In this document: positions 20,821-30,866 of the stretch, in pieces
Layout of the letters: every line of letters starts with the position of its first letter
How positions within the stretch are numbered: position 1 is the first letter of the stretch
Virus genome (UHGV): UHGV-0363627
DNA length: 64,000 nucleotides
Reading direction: 5' to 3' (one strand)
Origin: a virus
Translations under genes and position numbers: made by a program
Notes under the pieces: model-generated
The model's input: only the letters and a program-made list of their open reading frames with translations
What the model was told of the DNA's origin: nothing
The model's database searches: none

Positions 20821-20871
20821 TTTTGTACAAAATAAGGCTGTACAATCAACATTAGTATCATGTACAGCCTT
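20821..20871 (-). terminator. rho-independent terminator (11-bp stem AAGGCTGTACA / TGTACAGCCTT) after gene 20897..21727
   Basis: Perfect 11-bp inverted repeat 20834-20844/20861-20871. T-rich on both sides, so possibly bidirectional. Confidence 0.6.
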
Positions 20872-20896
20872 TGAAAATCATTTTTATAACAGAAGA

Positions 20897-21727
20897 TTAT
20901 TCAGCAGAAGTTTCTTCATTTTCTCCTTCTTCGTTATCTTTCTTACGAGTAGATTCAACATCACGATATTCTTTCAATACAGCAGCTTTAATTGTTACAT
21001 CTTTGCAACCATCATTGATAACAACATCCATAAGTTCTGTAATATCAACAGAGAAAATACGACTATGAGATTTCATTGTTTCTCCCATATTAGCTTTCAA
21101 TGCAGTCCATACAGAAGCATCAGCAAATGTAACAACATTACCAATACCAACAAACTTAGAAGGATTAGCGCATTTAGCACCACGATATTTATCAACAACT
21201 TCGGGCTGCAATGAATTAGCAATCATTTCAATCTGTGCTTCTTTAGTCATACCTTCAGCAGTCAAAGCAGCAACAAAATCAGCTTCACCATTAGCTTTTG
21301 CACTTTCAAAGATATTATCAAAGTCATTAGTCACATAAGCCATCTTAGCATCCTTAGTCCATCTTTCAGAAACTTTTATAGGATTACCTTTAGCATCAAA
21401 TTCCTGAATACCTTTAGCAACAGCCCACATATCAAATGCTTCGTGAATAGCATCAATACCAGCAGGAGAAGTAATATCAATATTATTTTCTTGACACCAT
21501 GCTACCAATTCTTCATCTTTCTGTGCAATAGCCATATCAATAGCAGCAGTGTTACCAACAAACATTACATAATCACCACTTGCAATACCTAAAGCACGAG
21601 TAACAGGAGCAGTCAATCTAAAAGAACCAGGAGTTGTATTAGCAATAAGTTCAGGCTCAGCAACTACACCACGTTTTGCAAGATTAACTACTGACATACC
21701 GAAAGACAATTTACCAAATGTTTTCAT
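20897..21727 (-). CDS. hypothetical protein (276 aa), followed by a strong terminator
   Basis: ORF. Hairpin terminator immediately downstream. Confidence 0.45.
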   Translation of the reverse strand: MKTFGKLSFGMSVVNLAKRGVVAEPELIANTTPGSFRLTAPVTRALGIASGDYVMFVGNTAAIDMAIAQKDEELVAWCQENNIDITSPAGIDAIHEAFDMWAVAKGIQEFDAKGNPIKVSERWTKDAKMAYVTNDFDNIFESAKANGEADFVAALTAEGMTKEAQIEMIANSLQPEVVDKYRGAKCANPSKFVGIGNVVTFADASVWTALKANMGETMKSHSRIFSVDITELMDVVINDGCKDVTIKAAVLKEYRDVESTRKKDNEEGENEETSAE

Positions 21728-21817
21728 AATTGTAAAATTTTAAATGTGAATAAATAAATTAATTATATTAATACAAATAGCATTAATCAAAGTTTTAAGA
21801 GTTTGACTAATTCAACT

Positions 21818-22744
21818 CTATTCTTCTACAGTTTCAACTTCTGCATCAATAACATCATTATCATTGATAGCGATATTATCTTGAAGTTTCCACTCTAATT
21901 TTTCTTGACAACCCATCAAAATATCACTAGCAATATCTCTAGCACCAAGAGTAAATGCTCTATGACTAATCATTATTCTAGCATATTTTTGATAAGTATC
22001 TTTTGTAAAGAAACCAGCTTGTTGAGCTTCTTGATAACTAAAATGTGATGTACATTCTTGAATATGAATTTCATTACCAATACTTCTAGCACGTTTAAAT
22101 TTATATTCAGTAATATAATCAATAGGTTGTGGAGGTATTCTAAATATTGGAATTTTGTTTTGTTTAGCAATTTCAGCAGCAACTATTCTATTAGGTGCAA
22201 TAGCAAAATTACTATTCAGTTTAAATTCATCATAAACATTACCATTATAATCTTGATAATATCTAACTTGATAAACTCCAACTATATCTCCATTACTTTC
22301 TTTAGTTATTTCAGCAGCTTCTTTAGCTGTAGCACACTTTTTACAATACTCAGGTAGATTATTCTCATTATAAGCAATATTGCCATCTGTATATTGATAC
22401 AGACAAGTATAATCGTGAGTACATTCCCAAATTACTTGTGCCTTTGACAACAAAGCCTTGATAATATGAATATCTATTACCGTTTTACCACTGACAACAT
22501 GAATATGTTCTATACAAGTGCTAAAAGGAAGAGCCAAATCTTTTGCTCTCATAAGAATAGCAAGACCATCGTTAATAGTCTTAATACCACCTTTCTCACT
22601 TCTTACAATTTCAGTAAGAAATCTTTTAGCAGATGCAAGTTGTTCTTCATCCAATAGATTAATAGTATCTATTGTACAATTACCAACATCATGTTTAACA
22701 ATAGCAACATCTTTCTTTTCTTTTACTTCTTTATCTTCTGTCAT
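21818..22744 (-). CDS. hypothetical protein (308 aa)
   Basis: ORF. Confidence 0.45.
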   Translation of the reverse strand: MTEDKEVKEKKDVAIVKHDVGNCTIDTINLLDEEQLASAKRFLTEIVRSEKGGIKTINDGLAILMRAKDLALPFSTCIEHIHVVSGKTVIDIHIIKALLSKAQVIWECTHDYTCLYQYTDGNIAYNENNLPEYCKKCATAKEAAEITKESNGDIVGVYQVRYYQDYNGNVYDEFKLNSNFAIAPNRIVAAEIAKQNKIPIFRIPPQPIDYITEYKFKRARSIGNEIHIQECTSHFSYQEAQQAGFFTKDTYQKYARIMISHRAFTLGARDIASDILMGCQEKLEWKLQDNIAINDNDVIDAEVETVEE

Positions 22745-22792
22745 AATGTCAAAGAGCTTTATTGTTTTTGATTACATGACAAATATAAGCAA

Positions 22793-24163
22793 TTATTCTG
22801 AACTACCAAAACTTTGAACATAATATTTTTCATTCTCTGTAATATTTTTTATTTCATGATTTTCATTAATAGGTTTTAGTCTACTACAATCATTTTCTTC
22901 ATTTGTACCTATCATATATAATTTATAGATTTTTATTTTATCAGTATTAAAAGTAAGTTTATTATATCTATATAGAAACTCTTTTATATTATAGCAGTTT
23001 GGCGACATGAATATAATCGCATTACACGTAATTTCTAGACTGTCTGACGAACAATTTTTAATGGATAATACTCTAATATTGTTTGAGTTGAAAGATTGCA
23101 CAGAAAGGCTGGAAATGGCTTGTGCGGCGAAGTTTTTTACTTCTCCTTTTCGATTACCAGTCTTATATCTTATAAAATCTCCAACATTTTCATCATAAAC
23201 AGGTCTAGCTTCAATATCATTATGAAATTCACCACATGATATATTATTTTTATTAAGAGTTTTATAAACTTCTGTTGCAAGAATAGTATTCTTACTAACT
23301 ATTATTACTTTCTTATCTTTTAATTCTCCATTTAATAAATCTATAACTATAGGTATCTTATTTACATTATTATTTACTAAATTATTACGTTCACGAAAAA
23401 TATTATAAGCAGTAGAACATCTTTCTTCTATACTAATAGGATTAAATAAATCATCTATTTGCTTATTAAAAGGTATAGTTACATCAAGATGTTCATTCCA
23501 ACCATTATATTGAGCAATAGATAATCTTACAGCTTCAGCAGATTGACCTGTAGTTTTATCTCCTACTCTAGCACGATTTATATTTTCAAGACTACCAAAT
23601 ATATTAATAGTTTTATTTATATAATCACTATATTTATCATATAATTCTTTTTCATCCTGTCTAGCAAATTGTACTCCAATGTGAATTTCCTCTACGGGCA
23701 AGCTATATTTAGCTGCATATTTGGCAGCATAATCAGCTTGATTTAATATAGGAAAATATTTATAAAGATAAGCACGAGAATCAGGATGAATTTTATCTGT
23801 TGTTATAATAAATAGTCCATATTTAATTATACTATTAATATAATTTGCTTGATACATATCAGTTAATCCAACATAAAAAGCTATATCATAATTATAATGT
23901 ACACCTATTTTTACATAAACAGAAGTAATACAAGCATAATTATTAGAACTTACATTGTTTTCTTTTAAATAATTCACAATACTAGTTCTAACATCATAAT
24001 CTTTAACTACAATAAGAGCTTTTATATTTGGATTTTTCTCTATACTTCTTTTCATTATATATTCTATTAGTATAGCAGGATTATAAGGTTCAAGAAGTAT
24101 ACAACAACCTTTACATTTATTTTCTCTCCATTTATTTGCTATATCAATATATGTTTTATTCAT
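22793..24163 (-). CDS. hypothetical protein, possibly a degenerate helicase-like replication accessory protein (456 aa). Contains a motif copy (SLPVEE) next to a tandem AAKY-AAKY duplication.
   Basis: Long ORF overlapping the polB stop by 8 nt. No clean Walker A. Confidence 0.35.
   Translation of the reverse strand: MNKTYIDIANKWRENKCKGCCILLEPYNPAILIEYIMKRSIEKNPNIKALIVVKDYDVRTSIVNYLKENNVSSNNYACITSVYVKIGVHYNYDIAFYVGLTDMYQANYINSIIKYGLFIITTDKIHPDSRAYLYKYFPILNQADYAAKYAAKYSLPVEEIHIGVQFARQDEKELYDKYSDYINKTINIFGSLENINRARVGDKTTGQSAEAVRLSIAQYNGWNEHLDVTIPFNKQIDDLFNPISIEERCSTAYNIFRERNNLVNNNVNKIPIVIDLLNGELKDKKVIIVSKNTILATEVYKTLNKNNISCGEFHNDIEARPVYDENVGDFIRYKTGNRKGEVKNFAAQAISSLSVQSFNSNNIRVLSIKNCSSDSLEITCNAIIFMSPNCYNIKEFLYRYNKLTFNTDKIKIYKLYMIGTNEENDCSRLKPINENHEIKNITENEKYYVQSFGSSE
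23685..23704 (-). repeat. Motif copy (R) ATTTCCTCTACGGGCAAGCT in CDS 22793..24163
   Basis: Consensus with one extra T. Confidence 0.8.
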
Positions 24164-25178
24164 CTACATCATCAAATAAAGTATTGTACATTCCACTAAA
24201 TTTACGAATTTTACTCTTTCCTTTACCTTTAGGAGTAATACCTAACTTAATCGGGTCTATTAATTTCATACATTCATTATAATAATATTTAAAATCAATA
24301 TTTCTTAAACTAATATCAGTATCATCTAAAGTATTTACAACACAAACTTTAACTCCAGCTGCCATTCTTGACCTACTATTAGTAATATTATGAACTTTTT
24401 CTATTGTATATCCATCATTACTAATATAAAATCTAACATATCGCTGACAAACTATTTTTGTAAGTATTCCATTAACAACTTTTGTTTCTTCAACATGAAA
24501 TTGTCTACCAACATTTTGAGTCATACAAAAATCAAGAATATTAGTAGCTTTTTGAAGAGTTTCCATTATAGGAACTTTATTAATGAAATATTCATAAACA
24601 GCTTTAGCAACAATAGGTTTATCATATCCTTTTTGTAAGTCAATACGATACATATCTGGGTTCATTGCTCCTTTAAATTCTGTCTTTAACTTTCTAACTT
24701 CTTTCTTTTCTTCTCTAAATAAGGCTAAATAATTATTTACATTGCTAGCTATAAGACAATGAAGAATATCACTATCTGCTTCCATTTTAGTTTTTTGTTG
24801 CCATCTAGTTGTTATATCATTAAACAATGCTTTATCTTTTTCATAAACTTTTACCATAATACCATCTGTATTAGCAGATATAATATGTATATTATTAAGT
24901 TCAAGTTCTTCACAAAGCATAAGCATCATTAATTGACCATTTATAGTAACTCGAAGAGTAGCAAGTCTATCATAAAGTGGACTATTTTCATCTCCAAATT
25001 TACCATATATACTATTAATGACAATTTTTAATACAAGTGCAAGCACATCTTTAGGAATACCATCAATTATAGCTTCTTCGCTATGCTTAACAGTAACACG
25101 AGTATCTTTCATCCATTGTATTAGATTACGAAATGCACTCTCAATCATATGAGCAGGAGCAACACTATATGCAGCCAT
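24156..25178 (-). CDS. family-B DNA polymerase, C-terminal exon (palm motifs B and C)
   Basis: KIVINSIYGKFG (motif B, Kx3NSxYG) and ISANTDGIMV (motif C-like). Confidence 0.65.
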   Translation of the reverse strand: MAAYSVAPAHMIESAFRNLIQWMKDTRVTVKHSEEAIIDGIPKDVLALVLKIVINSIYGKFGDENSPLYDRLATLRVTINGQLMMLMLCEELELNNIHIISANTDGIMVKVYEKDKALFNDITTRWQQKTKMEADSDILHCLIASNVNNYLALFREEKKEVRKLKTEFKGAMNPDMYRIDLQKGYDKPIVAKAVYEYFINKVPIMETLQKATNILDFCMTQNVGRQFHVEETKVVNGILTKIVCQRYVRFYISNDGYTIEKVHNITNSRSRMAAGVKVCVVNTLDDTDISLRNIDFKYYYNECMKLIDPIKLGITPKGKGKSKIRKFSGMYNTLFDDVDE

Positions 25179-25510
25179 AATACTAGGATAATACGACGCG
25201 CATTAACATCATAGCTTTCACTATGAACCTGACTATATCTTAATCTTATAACAAGATTTCTCGCACTTCCACATTTATTAATAATGTGTACTCCTTTCGG
25301 ATAGTCGATGAACTTTACTATTATTATATTTCACAATATAATGAGTAGTCTTAGCTGCTGATTGTCCATTATTACGATACTTAGGAATATTATTCCATAT
25401 ATCATCTGTTATTTCTTTTCTACTTTCGTAACTATTGCCATTTAGATTTTCATCTTCTGTTTTAGTAATAACAGCTTTAGGAGTTTCCAGCAATTCACGA
25501 GATTACGACA
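25179..25510 (-). other. Group I-like intron in the polB gene, without an intact homing-endonuclease gene. Boundaries are approximate.
   Basis: 332 nt separate two collinear polB ORFs. It shares five ordered conserved blocks with the helicase intron (AATTGCTGGAAACTC, AGATGAAAATCTAA, GACAATCAGCAGCTAAG, AAAGTTCATCGACTATCC(C)GAAAGG(G)AGTA with GAAA tetraloop hairpin, TAAGATATAGTCAGG). Confidence 0.6.
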
Positions 25511-26786
25511 CTGCGTCACTTATGTCAAAATGATAAATTGTAAAAGCATTATCTCTTTGTAGCTTGCCCGTAGAGGAATTGCTAGATATATCCCATTCAG
25601 TAGTACTCCATATTTCCATTGGTCTATCTTTACTATGAAGTCCACCTGTAGCTAGAGTATAATTAACATCACCAATAATAACTTCTTTCTCAAAAGCATC
25701 TTTGCTAACTCTATATAATGTAGTCTTTTTTATTTCTTTAAGTAGTTCTTGTAACTGTGGAGTTTTAAATTCAACACAATCAAATATAATCTTACCTAAA
25801 TTCATAGCAGTTCTTTTAGTTCTTCCATCTTTCCATTTCTCATATGGAATACCACTATATTTAGTATAAAACTTTTGAAATAAAACATTAGCCATATTAC
25901 TACGACTACTATTAAGAACATCTACTTTATAAGAAGCAGAAACAGCATATCGAGATTTAATTTCATTAGGATTAAGACGAACAATTTCACAAACAATAAA
26001 TACATCATTTTTATTATAATGCATCATATCTGGAATATATTCATCTATTATATATCTATCCCATTTATCAATTACATTGGTGAGCTTTTTATAATCATAA
26101 CCTTTATATCTTGTATCTTTTGCATAATAGTGATAATCTTTATCACATATATCAGGTAATTCGTATTCAAGAAGTTCATACCATTGTAGATTTATACTAG
26201 TTTGTTTTAAGCCTTTTGGAATATATTTCTTTTCTCCAGTTTTACTATCAACAATAGTTCCAGCTTTATTCAAAGCAAACACTTTCATTACATCTACACC
26301 TTTAAACGGCAATGGATATTTTCTTAAACTTCTTAATAGAAAATCATTTTTAGCACCATCTTTATTATCTTGTAATTCAATTATCTTTTTTGATGTTTCA
26401 TAAAGCCTTGTAATAAGTTCTTTTGTAGTATCTGTTTGACCAAAATACATTAATAAAGCAGCAATCATAAGATTATCATAGCTTTGACTATTATAACCAT
26501 ATAAATCACTACGAGGATAAAGTTCATTAGCTTTAAATCCATTAATATATTCAACCATTGAGAATAATTGACTATCATCTGTATCTGTAATATAAAATTG
26601 TTTACATTTTACAACATCAAGTCTTTGTAATAATTCTTTAACAGATATTTTTTGAACAATAGGAATTGCTTTTCCTTTACTATCTACAACATCTTTAAAA
26701 GTATCAAGATAACTAGCTAAATCAATAAATGTTATCGAAAAAAAGTTAGGAAGTACTTCCACATCATAACATTCTATTCTTATCAT
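25503..26786 (-). CDS. family-B DNA polymerase, N-terminal exon (3'-5' exonuclease domain plus start of motif A)
   Basis: Exo I-like YDVEV. Ends ...HFDISDAVS immediately before a TAA. The downstream ORF continues the polymerase with AAYSVAPAHM, consistent with an intron in motif A (D..S.Y). Confidence 0.6.
   Translation of the reverse strand: MIRIECYDVEVLPNFFSITFIDLASYLDTFKDVVDSKGKAIPIVQKISVKELLQRLDVVKCKQFYITDTDDSQLFSMVEYINGFKANELYPRSDLYGYNSQSYDNLMIAALLMYFGQTDTTKELITRLYETSKKIIELQDNKDGAKNDFLLRSLRKYPLPFKGVDVMKVFALNKAGTIVDSKTGEKKYIPKGLKQTSINLQWYELLEYELPDICDKDYHYYAKDTRYKGYDYKKLTNVIDKWDRYIIDEYIPDMMHYNKNDVFIVCEIVRLNPNEIKSRYAVSASYKVDVLNSSRSNMANVLFQKFYTKYSGIPYEKWKDGRTKRTAMNLGKIIFDCVEFKTPQLQELLKEIKKTTLYRVSKDAFEKEVIIGDVNYTLATGGLHSKDRPMEIWSTTEWDISSNSSTGKLQRDNAFTIYHFDISDAVS
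25561..25579 (+). repeat. Motif copy AGCTTGCCCGTAGAGGAAT in polB exon (codes SSTGKLQ), 56 nt from the intron boundary
   Basis: Exact consensus. Confidence 0.85.
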
Positions 26787-27313
26787 ACATATCTTCTCAT
26801 ATTATAATATTTTATAGCATTAACAAAATCTGTTTTTATAGCTTTCTTTACCTCAGCTTCATTATATTTATCAAATGAAAACTTTATATTGTAAAAACAA
26901 TATTTTCCATAATTGATAATCTTATTAGAACAACCATTAGGAAAAATAGTACGAGTACTATTAATCACAATCATATATCTATAAGGAACTCTCATAAGTT
27001 CTTCATTCAATATATTGCGACAATTACTCATACTATTCTCATAAAGTTTGTATGAACAATTATAAGTAGAACATTTAATATTATACGTAATGTAACATTG
27101 TTCAAGCATATTTCGTCCTGTATATTCAAGCCAAATAGCTTTTAAATCTTCTAATAATTTATTACGAAAATTCTTATTACCATACATAGGTAAAAGAATA
27201 ACAATATCAGAAGTTATACATCCTATGCCAATATCAATAGTACGACCAATATTAAACATTCTATTTATACAATACTGACAATGAATACAAGTATCAACAG
27301 TCATATAAAACAT
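26783..27313 (-). CDS. Cys-rich hypothetical protein (176 aa)
   Basis: CIHCQYC cluster. Confidence 0.4.
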   Translation of the reverse strand: MFYMTVDTCIHCQYCINRMFNIGRTIDIGIGCITSDIVILLPMYGNKNFRNKLLEDLKAIWLEYTGRNMLEQCYITYNIKCSTYNCSYKLYENSMSNCRNILNEELMRVPYRYMIVINSTRTIFPNGCSNKIINYGKYCFYNIKFSFDKYNEAEVKKAIKTDFVNAIKYYNMRRYV

Positions 27314-27552
27314 TATAATGATAATAATTTATCTACAATATAAAGTTCACCGCACCATAAATAATTATAACTTTCAATCATAGGAGAATTAATTCTAATA
27401 TCATCATAACTATTAACAATATCCCAACCTGTATTGTTATATCTGCCTATTATTATATCATTTTCTGATATACCAACAATCATAACTTCTTCATCCGATT
27501 CATTTTTATAAGTTTTACCGAGATGTTTCTTTATAAATTCTTCAGCCGTCAT
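27313..27552 (-). CDS. small hypothetical protein (79 aa), paralog of 27549..27797
   Basis: Shared pattern F(I/V)K..LGK.....E....MIVG....(D/E)..IIG.YN with the adjacent ORF. Confidence 0.4.
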   Translation of the reverse strand: MTAEEFIKKHLGKTYKNESDEEVMIVGISENDIIIGRYNNTGWDIVNSYDDIRINSPMIESYNYLWCGELYIVDKLLSL

Positions 27553-27797
27553 AATATTTTAATATTTGATGGTCTCACATAATAATAAGTTTTAAACATA
27601 GCAGATTGAATAATAAATTTATCACCTTCATAATTATCATTATAAGGGTCAGTCATCCATCTGTCTGTGACATAATTATAAAATCCTATAATAACATATT
27701 CAGTATTGCGATAACCAACAATCATTCCTTTATCTGCAAATTCATTTATATGACATTCTTTACCAAGATTATTTTTTACAAATTCTATATTATCCAT
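27549..27797 (-). CDS. small hypothetical protein (82 aa), paralog of 27313..27552
   Basis: See paralog above. Tandem duplication. Confidence 0.4.
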   Translation of the reverse strand: MDNIEFVKNNLGKECHINEFADKGMIVGYRNTEYVIIGFYNYVTDRWMTDPYNDNYEGDKFIIQSAMFKTYYYVRPSNIKIL

Positions 27798-28767
27798 AAC
27801 ATATATACAATTTATTCTTACATCTACTACAAGCTACATACAATCGTCTTAACAAATCATCTACATTACTATAAGCATTACCATTTTTATCATAACACAT
27901 ATCATTTATATCAACAAATACATTATCATAAGTACTACCTTGGCTTCGATGACTTGTTAAAGCAAATCCATAATCTATATCTCTTGAAATAATAATCTTA
28001 CCTGTATAATCAACTACATTTTCAAGCAAAAGATACTTTCTCTTAAACTCATAATATTTCTTCCAACAACTAGAACGAGTTTTAATATCAGCATTTTTTG
28101 CTTTATTAATAAGATAATTTACCTCATCACAATATGTTTTCAATGTATAAGCATCAAAATGATTTATAACAAATAAAGGCTTAGTAACAGCTCCACCATG
28201 TATAGCTTGAAACCTTATCATAAAACCTTTAAAATTATAAGTTTCATCTTCATAATTAACTATGTCTTTAATAATATATTCTTCACTATTATTAATAATA
28301 ATATCATTAAAATCATCAACAATAGTTGTATAAGACATTATCAAATCATTTCTATTAATTATAGTCTTATCAGCATTTCGAACAATAGTTTGACGAATAA
28401 CTTTATTCCAATAAGATACAGCATTATTAGTATATGCTACCATACGATACAAATCAACATTTGTTGCAAAATTTTCATCAGAAAATCTATTCATAACAAC
28501 ATTTGTAAATTCTTGTCGATTATATACTTTATATCCAACATCACCATTTATATTTTCTCTGTTTTTATAAATATAACTAAGAAAATTAAATGTTCTATGT
28601 TTTATATCATCACGTAGCATTGCCAACAATTCAGTAACAGGATTATCTTTTTCTTGTCGTACAATTTCTTTAAGTTCGCTAGTCTTATAAGCATTTTTAA
28701 AAGCAGTACTAACTTTCTCATTTACAGGACTAAGCTGATTTGCATCCAATAATCTTATAACTTTCAT
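27790..28767 (-). CDS. Dda/RecD-like SF1 helicase, C-terminal exon
   Basis: C-terminal SF1 motif TSHRSQGSTYDNVFV and ...YVACSRCKNKLYI. Confidence 0.6.
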   Translation of the reverse strand: MKVIRLLDANQLSPVNEKVSTAFKNAYKTSELKEIVRQEKDNPVTELLAMLRDDIKHRTFNFLSYIYKNRENINGDVGYKVYNRQEFTNVVMNRFSDENFATNVDLYRMVAYTNNAVSYWNKVIRQTIVRNADKTIINRNDLIMSYTTIVDDFNDIIINNSEEYIIKDIVNYEDETYNFKGFMIRFQAIHGGAVTKPLFVINHFDAYTLKTYCDEVNYLINKAKNADIKTRSSCWKKYYEFKRKYLLLENVVDYTGKIIISRDIDYGFALTSHRSQGSTYDNVFVDINDMCYDKNGNAYSNVDDLLRRLYVACSRCKNKLYICYG

Positions 28768-29964
28768 TATAAGCCTGACTATATCTTAGTTGCATTATCA
28801 ATATCTATATAAGGTAAAAATTGTTCTTTATATTTTTTATCAAGTTTAAAAAAATCAACAAAAACATATCCTTTATGACTCTTTTTTGTACCGTTTATAA
28901 CTTGACTGACATTTTTAGGTGTAAAGCCATTATCTCTAAGGTCTTGTGAACCATAAAATATTCTAAATTCATGTTCATCATTATTTGTTATAGCTAAAGA
29001 AATACCAATATAAATTCTATTATTAGTTTTACCTGGCATATATTCATAATTTTTATCAGTATCATAATTATTTTTATAAATCCATTGATAGCCTTTATGA
29101 ATATTTCTTTTTCCTGAACAACAATCAGCTATACATCCAGCGTAAAAATGCCCAATTTCTTCCGCTTCTGTAGCTGATGCCCATTCTTTAACAATATTAC
29201 CTAAAATATCTATTTGTAAAACAGGTTTTGAATTAGGATTAAGTTCATATTTATTTCCATAATTACCATTTTCTTTACCAATAAAATGTTTGTTATAAAA
29301 ATAATTTTCATTTCCTTTTTTCCCAATACAAGTATCACCTTCATTTCCATTAACTAAACAACCACCATTTTCAATACATTTGTATTTAGCTATTAATTCT
29401 TTTTCTATAGTTATACTATCTTCAATAGATATATCTATTTTATTTATAACTACTTTAACTTTAGAAACATCTTTAACTTTATTTTTCCAAAGATTATTTC
29501 TATTATTAAAATTAAATGCTCTACTAATAGTACCTTGACCTACATAAAATGGTAGTTCTTCATCATTATAATAATGAAGATAAACACAAATTCTTTCTAA
29601 ATCTTTAAAAGAATAATCATACTTACTAGGAATATCTTTAACGCTATTAATATTCCTTTTCTTTTTGTTAATTGTAAAATTAAATGTAACCATATATTTA
29701 TAATTTAAAAGTTCATTACAAATATATGGCGAAAATTGATAATTTGCAACTTTCTCCGTTTCGATTTTTAAAAAATCTACTCCCTTTCGGGATAGTCGAT
29801 GAACTTTGTTCATTTCATAATTCACATTATTACTTAGAACCTTAGCTGCTGATTGTCATATATTATTAGTTTTTCAAGCATTCACACTTAGATTTTCATC
29901 TTATGTTGTAGCACTAATAACTTCACGAGTTTCCAGCAATTAGAAGAATTTTATATCGGCAATG
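28768..29964 (-). other. Group I-like intron carrying the GIY-YIG homing-endonuclease gene, splitting the Dda-like helicase gene. Boundaries are approximate.
   Basis: The helicase N-terminal ORF ends at TAG 29965-29967 and the C-terminal ORF resumes at 28767. The intervening 1.2 kb holds the HEG and the same conserved blocks as the polB intron. Confidence 0.6.
28779..29825 (-). CDS. GIY-YIG homing endonuclease encoded inside the helicase intron
   Basis: VYLHYYNDEELPFYVGQG (GIY-10aa-YIG spacing) plus downstream conserved R and N. C-terminal region resembles I-TevI-type DNA-binding modules. The 5' end of the ORF overlaps conserved intron core sequence. Confidence 0.7.
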   Translation of the reverse strand: MNYEMNKVHRLSRKGVDFLKIETEKVANYQFSPYICNELLNYKYMVTFNFTINKKKRNINSVKDIPSKYDYSFKDLERICVYLHYYNDEELPFYVGQGTISRAFNFNNRNNLWKNKVKDVSKVKVVINKIDISIEDSITIEKELIAKYKCIENGGCLVNGNEGDTCIGKKGNENYFYNKHFIGKENGNYGNKYELNPNSKPVLQIDILGNIVKEWASATEAEEIGHFYAGCIADCCSGKRNIHKGYQWIYKNNYDTDKNYEYMPGKTNNRIYIGISLAITNNDEHEFRIFYGSQDLRDNGFTPKNVSQVINGTKKSHKGYVFVDFFKLDKKYKEQFLPYIDIDNATKI

Positions 29965-30453
29965 CTATTCACCGATGTAAAGAACTTTAATTTTTCTATC
30001 AGCGCAATATTTATTAATATAAGTAACTAATGCTTTATTAAGCATACTAGCTTCATCAACAATAAGAACTTTTACATTAGCAACTTTAGGCGGACCAATA
30101 GGTTTAAAAGCAGGCAAATTAGGGTCAAAATCTTCAATATTAGTATCAATTCTAAACCCAAAAGCAGCTTGTATAGTAGTTACTTTTCTACCTCCTGTAG
30201 CATTAGACAATATACGACAAGCTTTATGTGTTGGAGCAGCAAGATAAAACATACTTGAACCATATTTACTATGCTCAATTATATAATTTGTAACAAAAGT
30301 TTTACCACACCCTGCTGCGCCAGATAATGCTTGAACATTTTTAAGTTTATTAAAATCTTCAGCTATAAAACTTATTATATTATCGACAGCTTTTTCTTGA
30401 CTAGGAGTAAAATTAGGTTTAATAGCTTTTTGGTCTAAACTAATCATATTCAA
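29965..30453 (-). CDS. Dda/RecD-like SF1 helicase, N-terminal exon (Walker A)
   Basis: LSGAAGCGKTF Walker A, LIVDEASM Walker B/DEAD-like. Confidence 0.65.
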   Translation of the reverse strand: MNMISLDQKAIKPNFTPSQEKAVDNIISFIAEDFNKLKNVQALSGAAGCGKTFVTNYIIEHSKYGSSMFYLAAPTHKACRILSNATGGRKVTTIQAAFGFRIDTNIEDFDPNLPAFKPIGPPKVANVKVLIVDEASMLNKALVTYINKYCADRKIKVLYIGE

Positions 30454-30862
30454 AAAATACTTCTTTTATTGTATCTATATCTATATCATTTAATAATGTA
30501 TCATGATAAACTTTAGTTATAGCACATATTCTTTTATTATTAATAAAACAAATATTAGCTTTAACTTTTAACCCAATAGCAATACTAGTATAATGTTTTG
30601 TTCCAACATCAACCGTATCTTCACCATTACGAATTATCTTTATTCTATGACCATTTTCATCTAATCTTCGAGTATAAATAATTCGTTTTCCTTTAGTAGA
30701 AATACTATTTTCATCAATATCATATAAAACATCATTTGCTTTTAACTTATATTCGTTATTAACAATAGCGATGACACCTTCAATAGTTTCTACTACATTT
30801 GTCTTAGGTTTACTTTTCTCTTTTTTCTTAATAGCAGATAAAGAGAAATTAAAAGTTACCAT
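30440..30862 (-). CDS. hypothetical protein (140 aa)
   Basis: ORF. Confidence 0.4.
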   Translation of the reverse strand: MVTFNFSLSAIKKKEKSKPKTNVVETIEGVIAIVNNEYKLKANDVLYDIDENSISTKGKRIIYTRRLDENGHRIKIIRNGEDTVDVGTKHYTSIAIGLKVKANICFINNKRICAITKVYHDTLLNDIDIDTIKEVFFEYD

Positions 30863-30866
30863 AACA

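Noticed and set aside
25278-25493. 71-aa ORF inside the polB intron
   Set aside because: Translation (…NNSKVHRLS…) is produced by reading through the conserved intron RNA core shared with the other intron. Likely a non-coding or degenerate HEG remnant.
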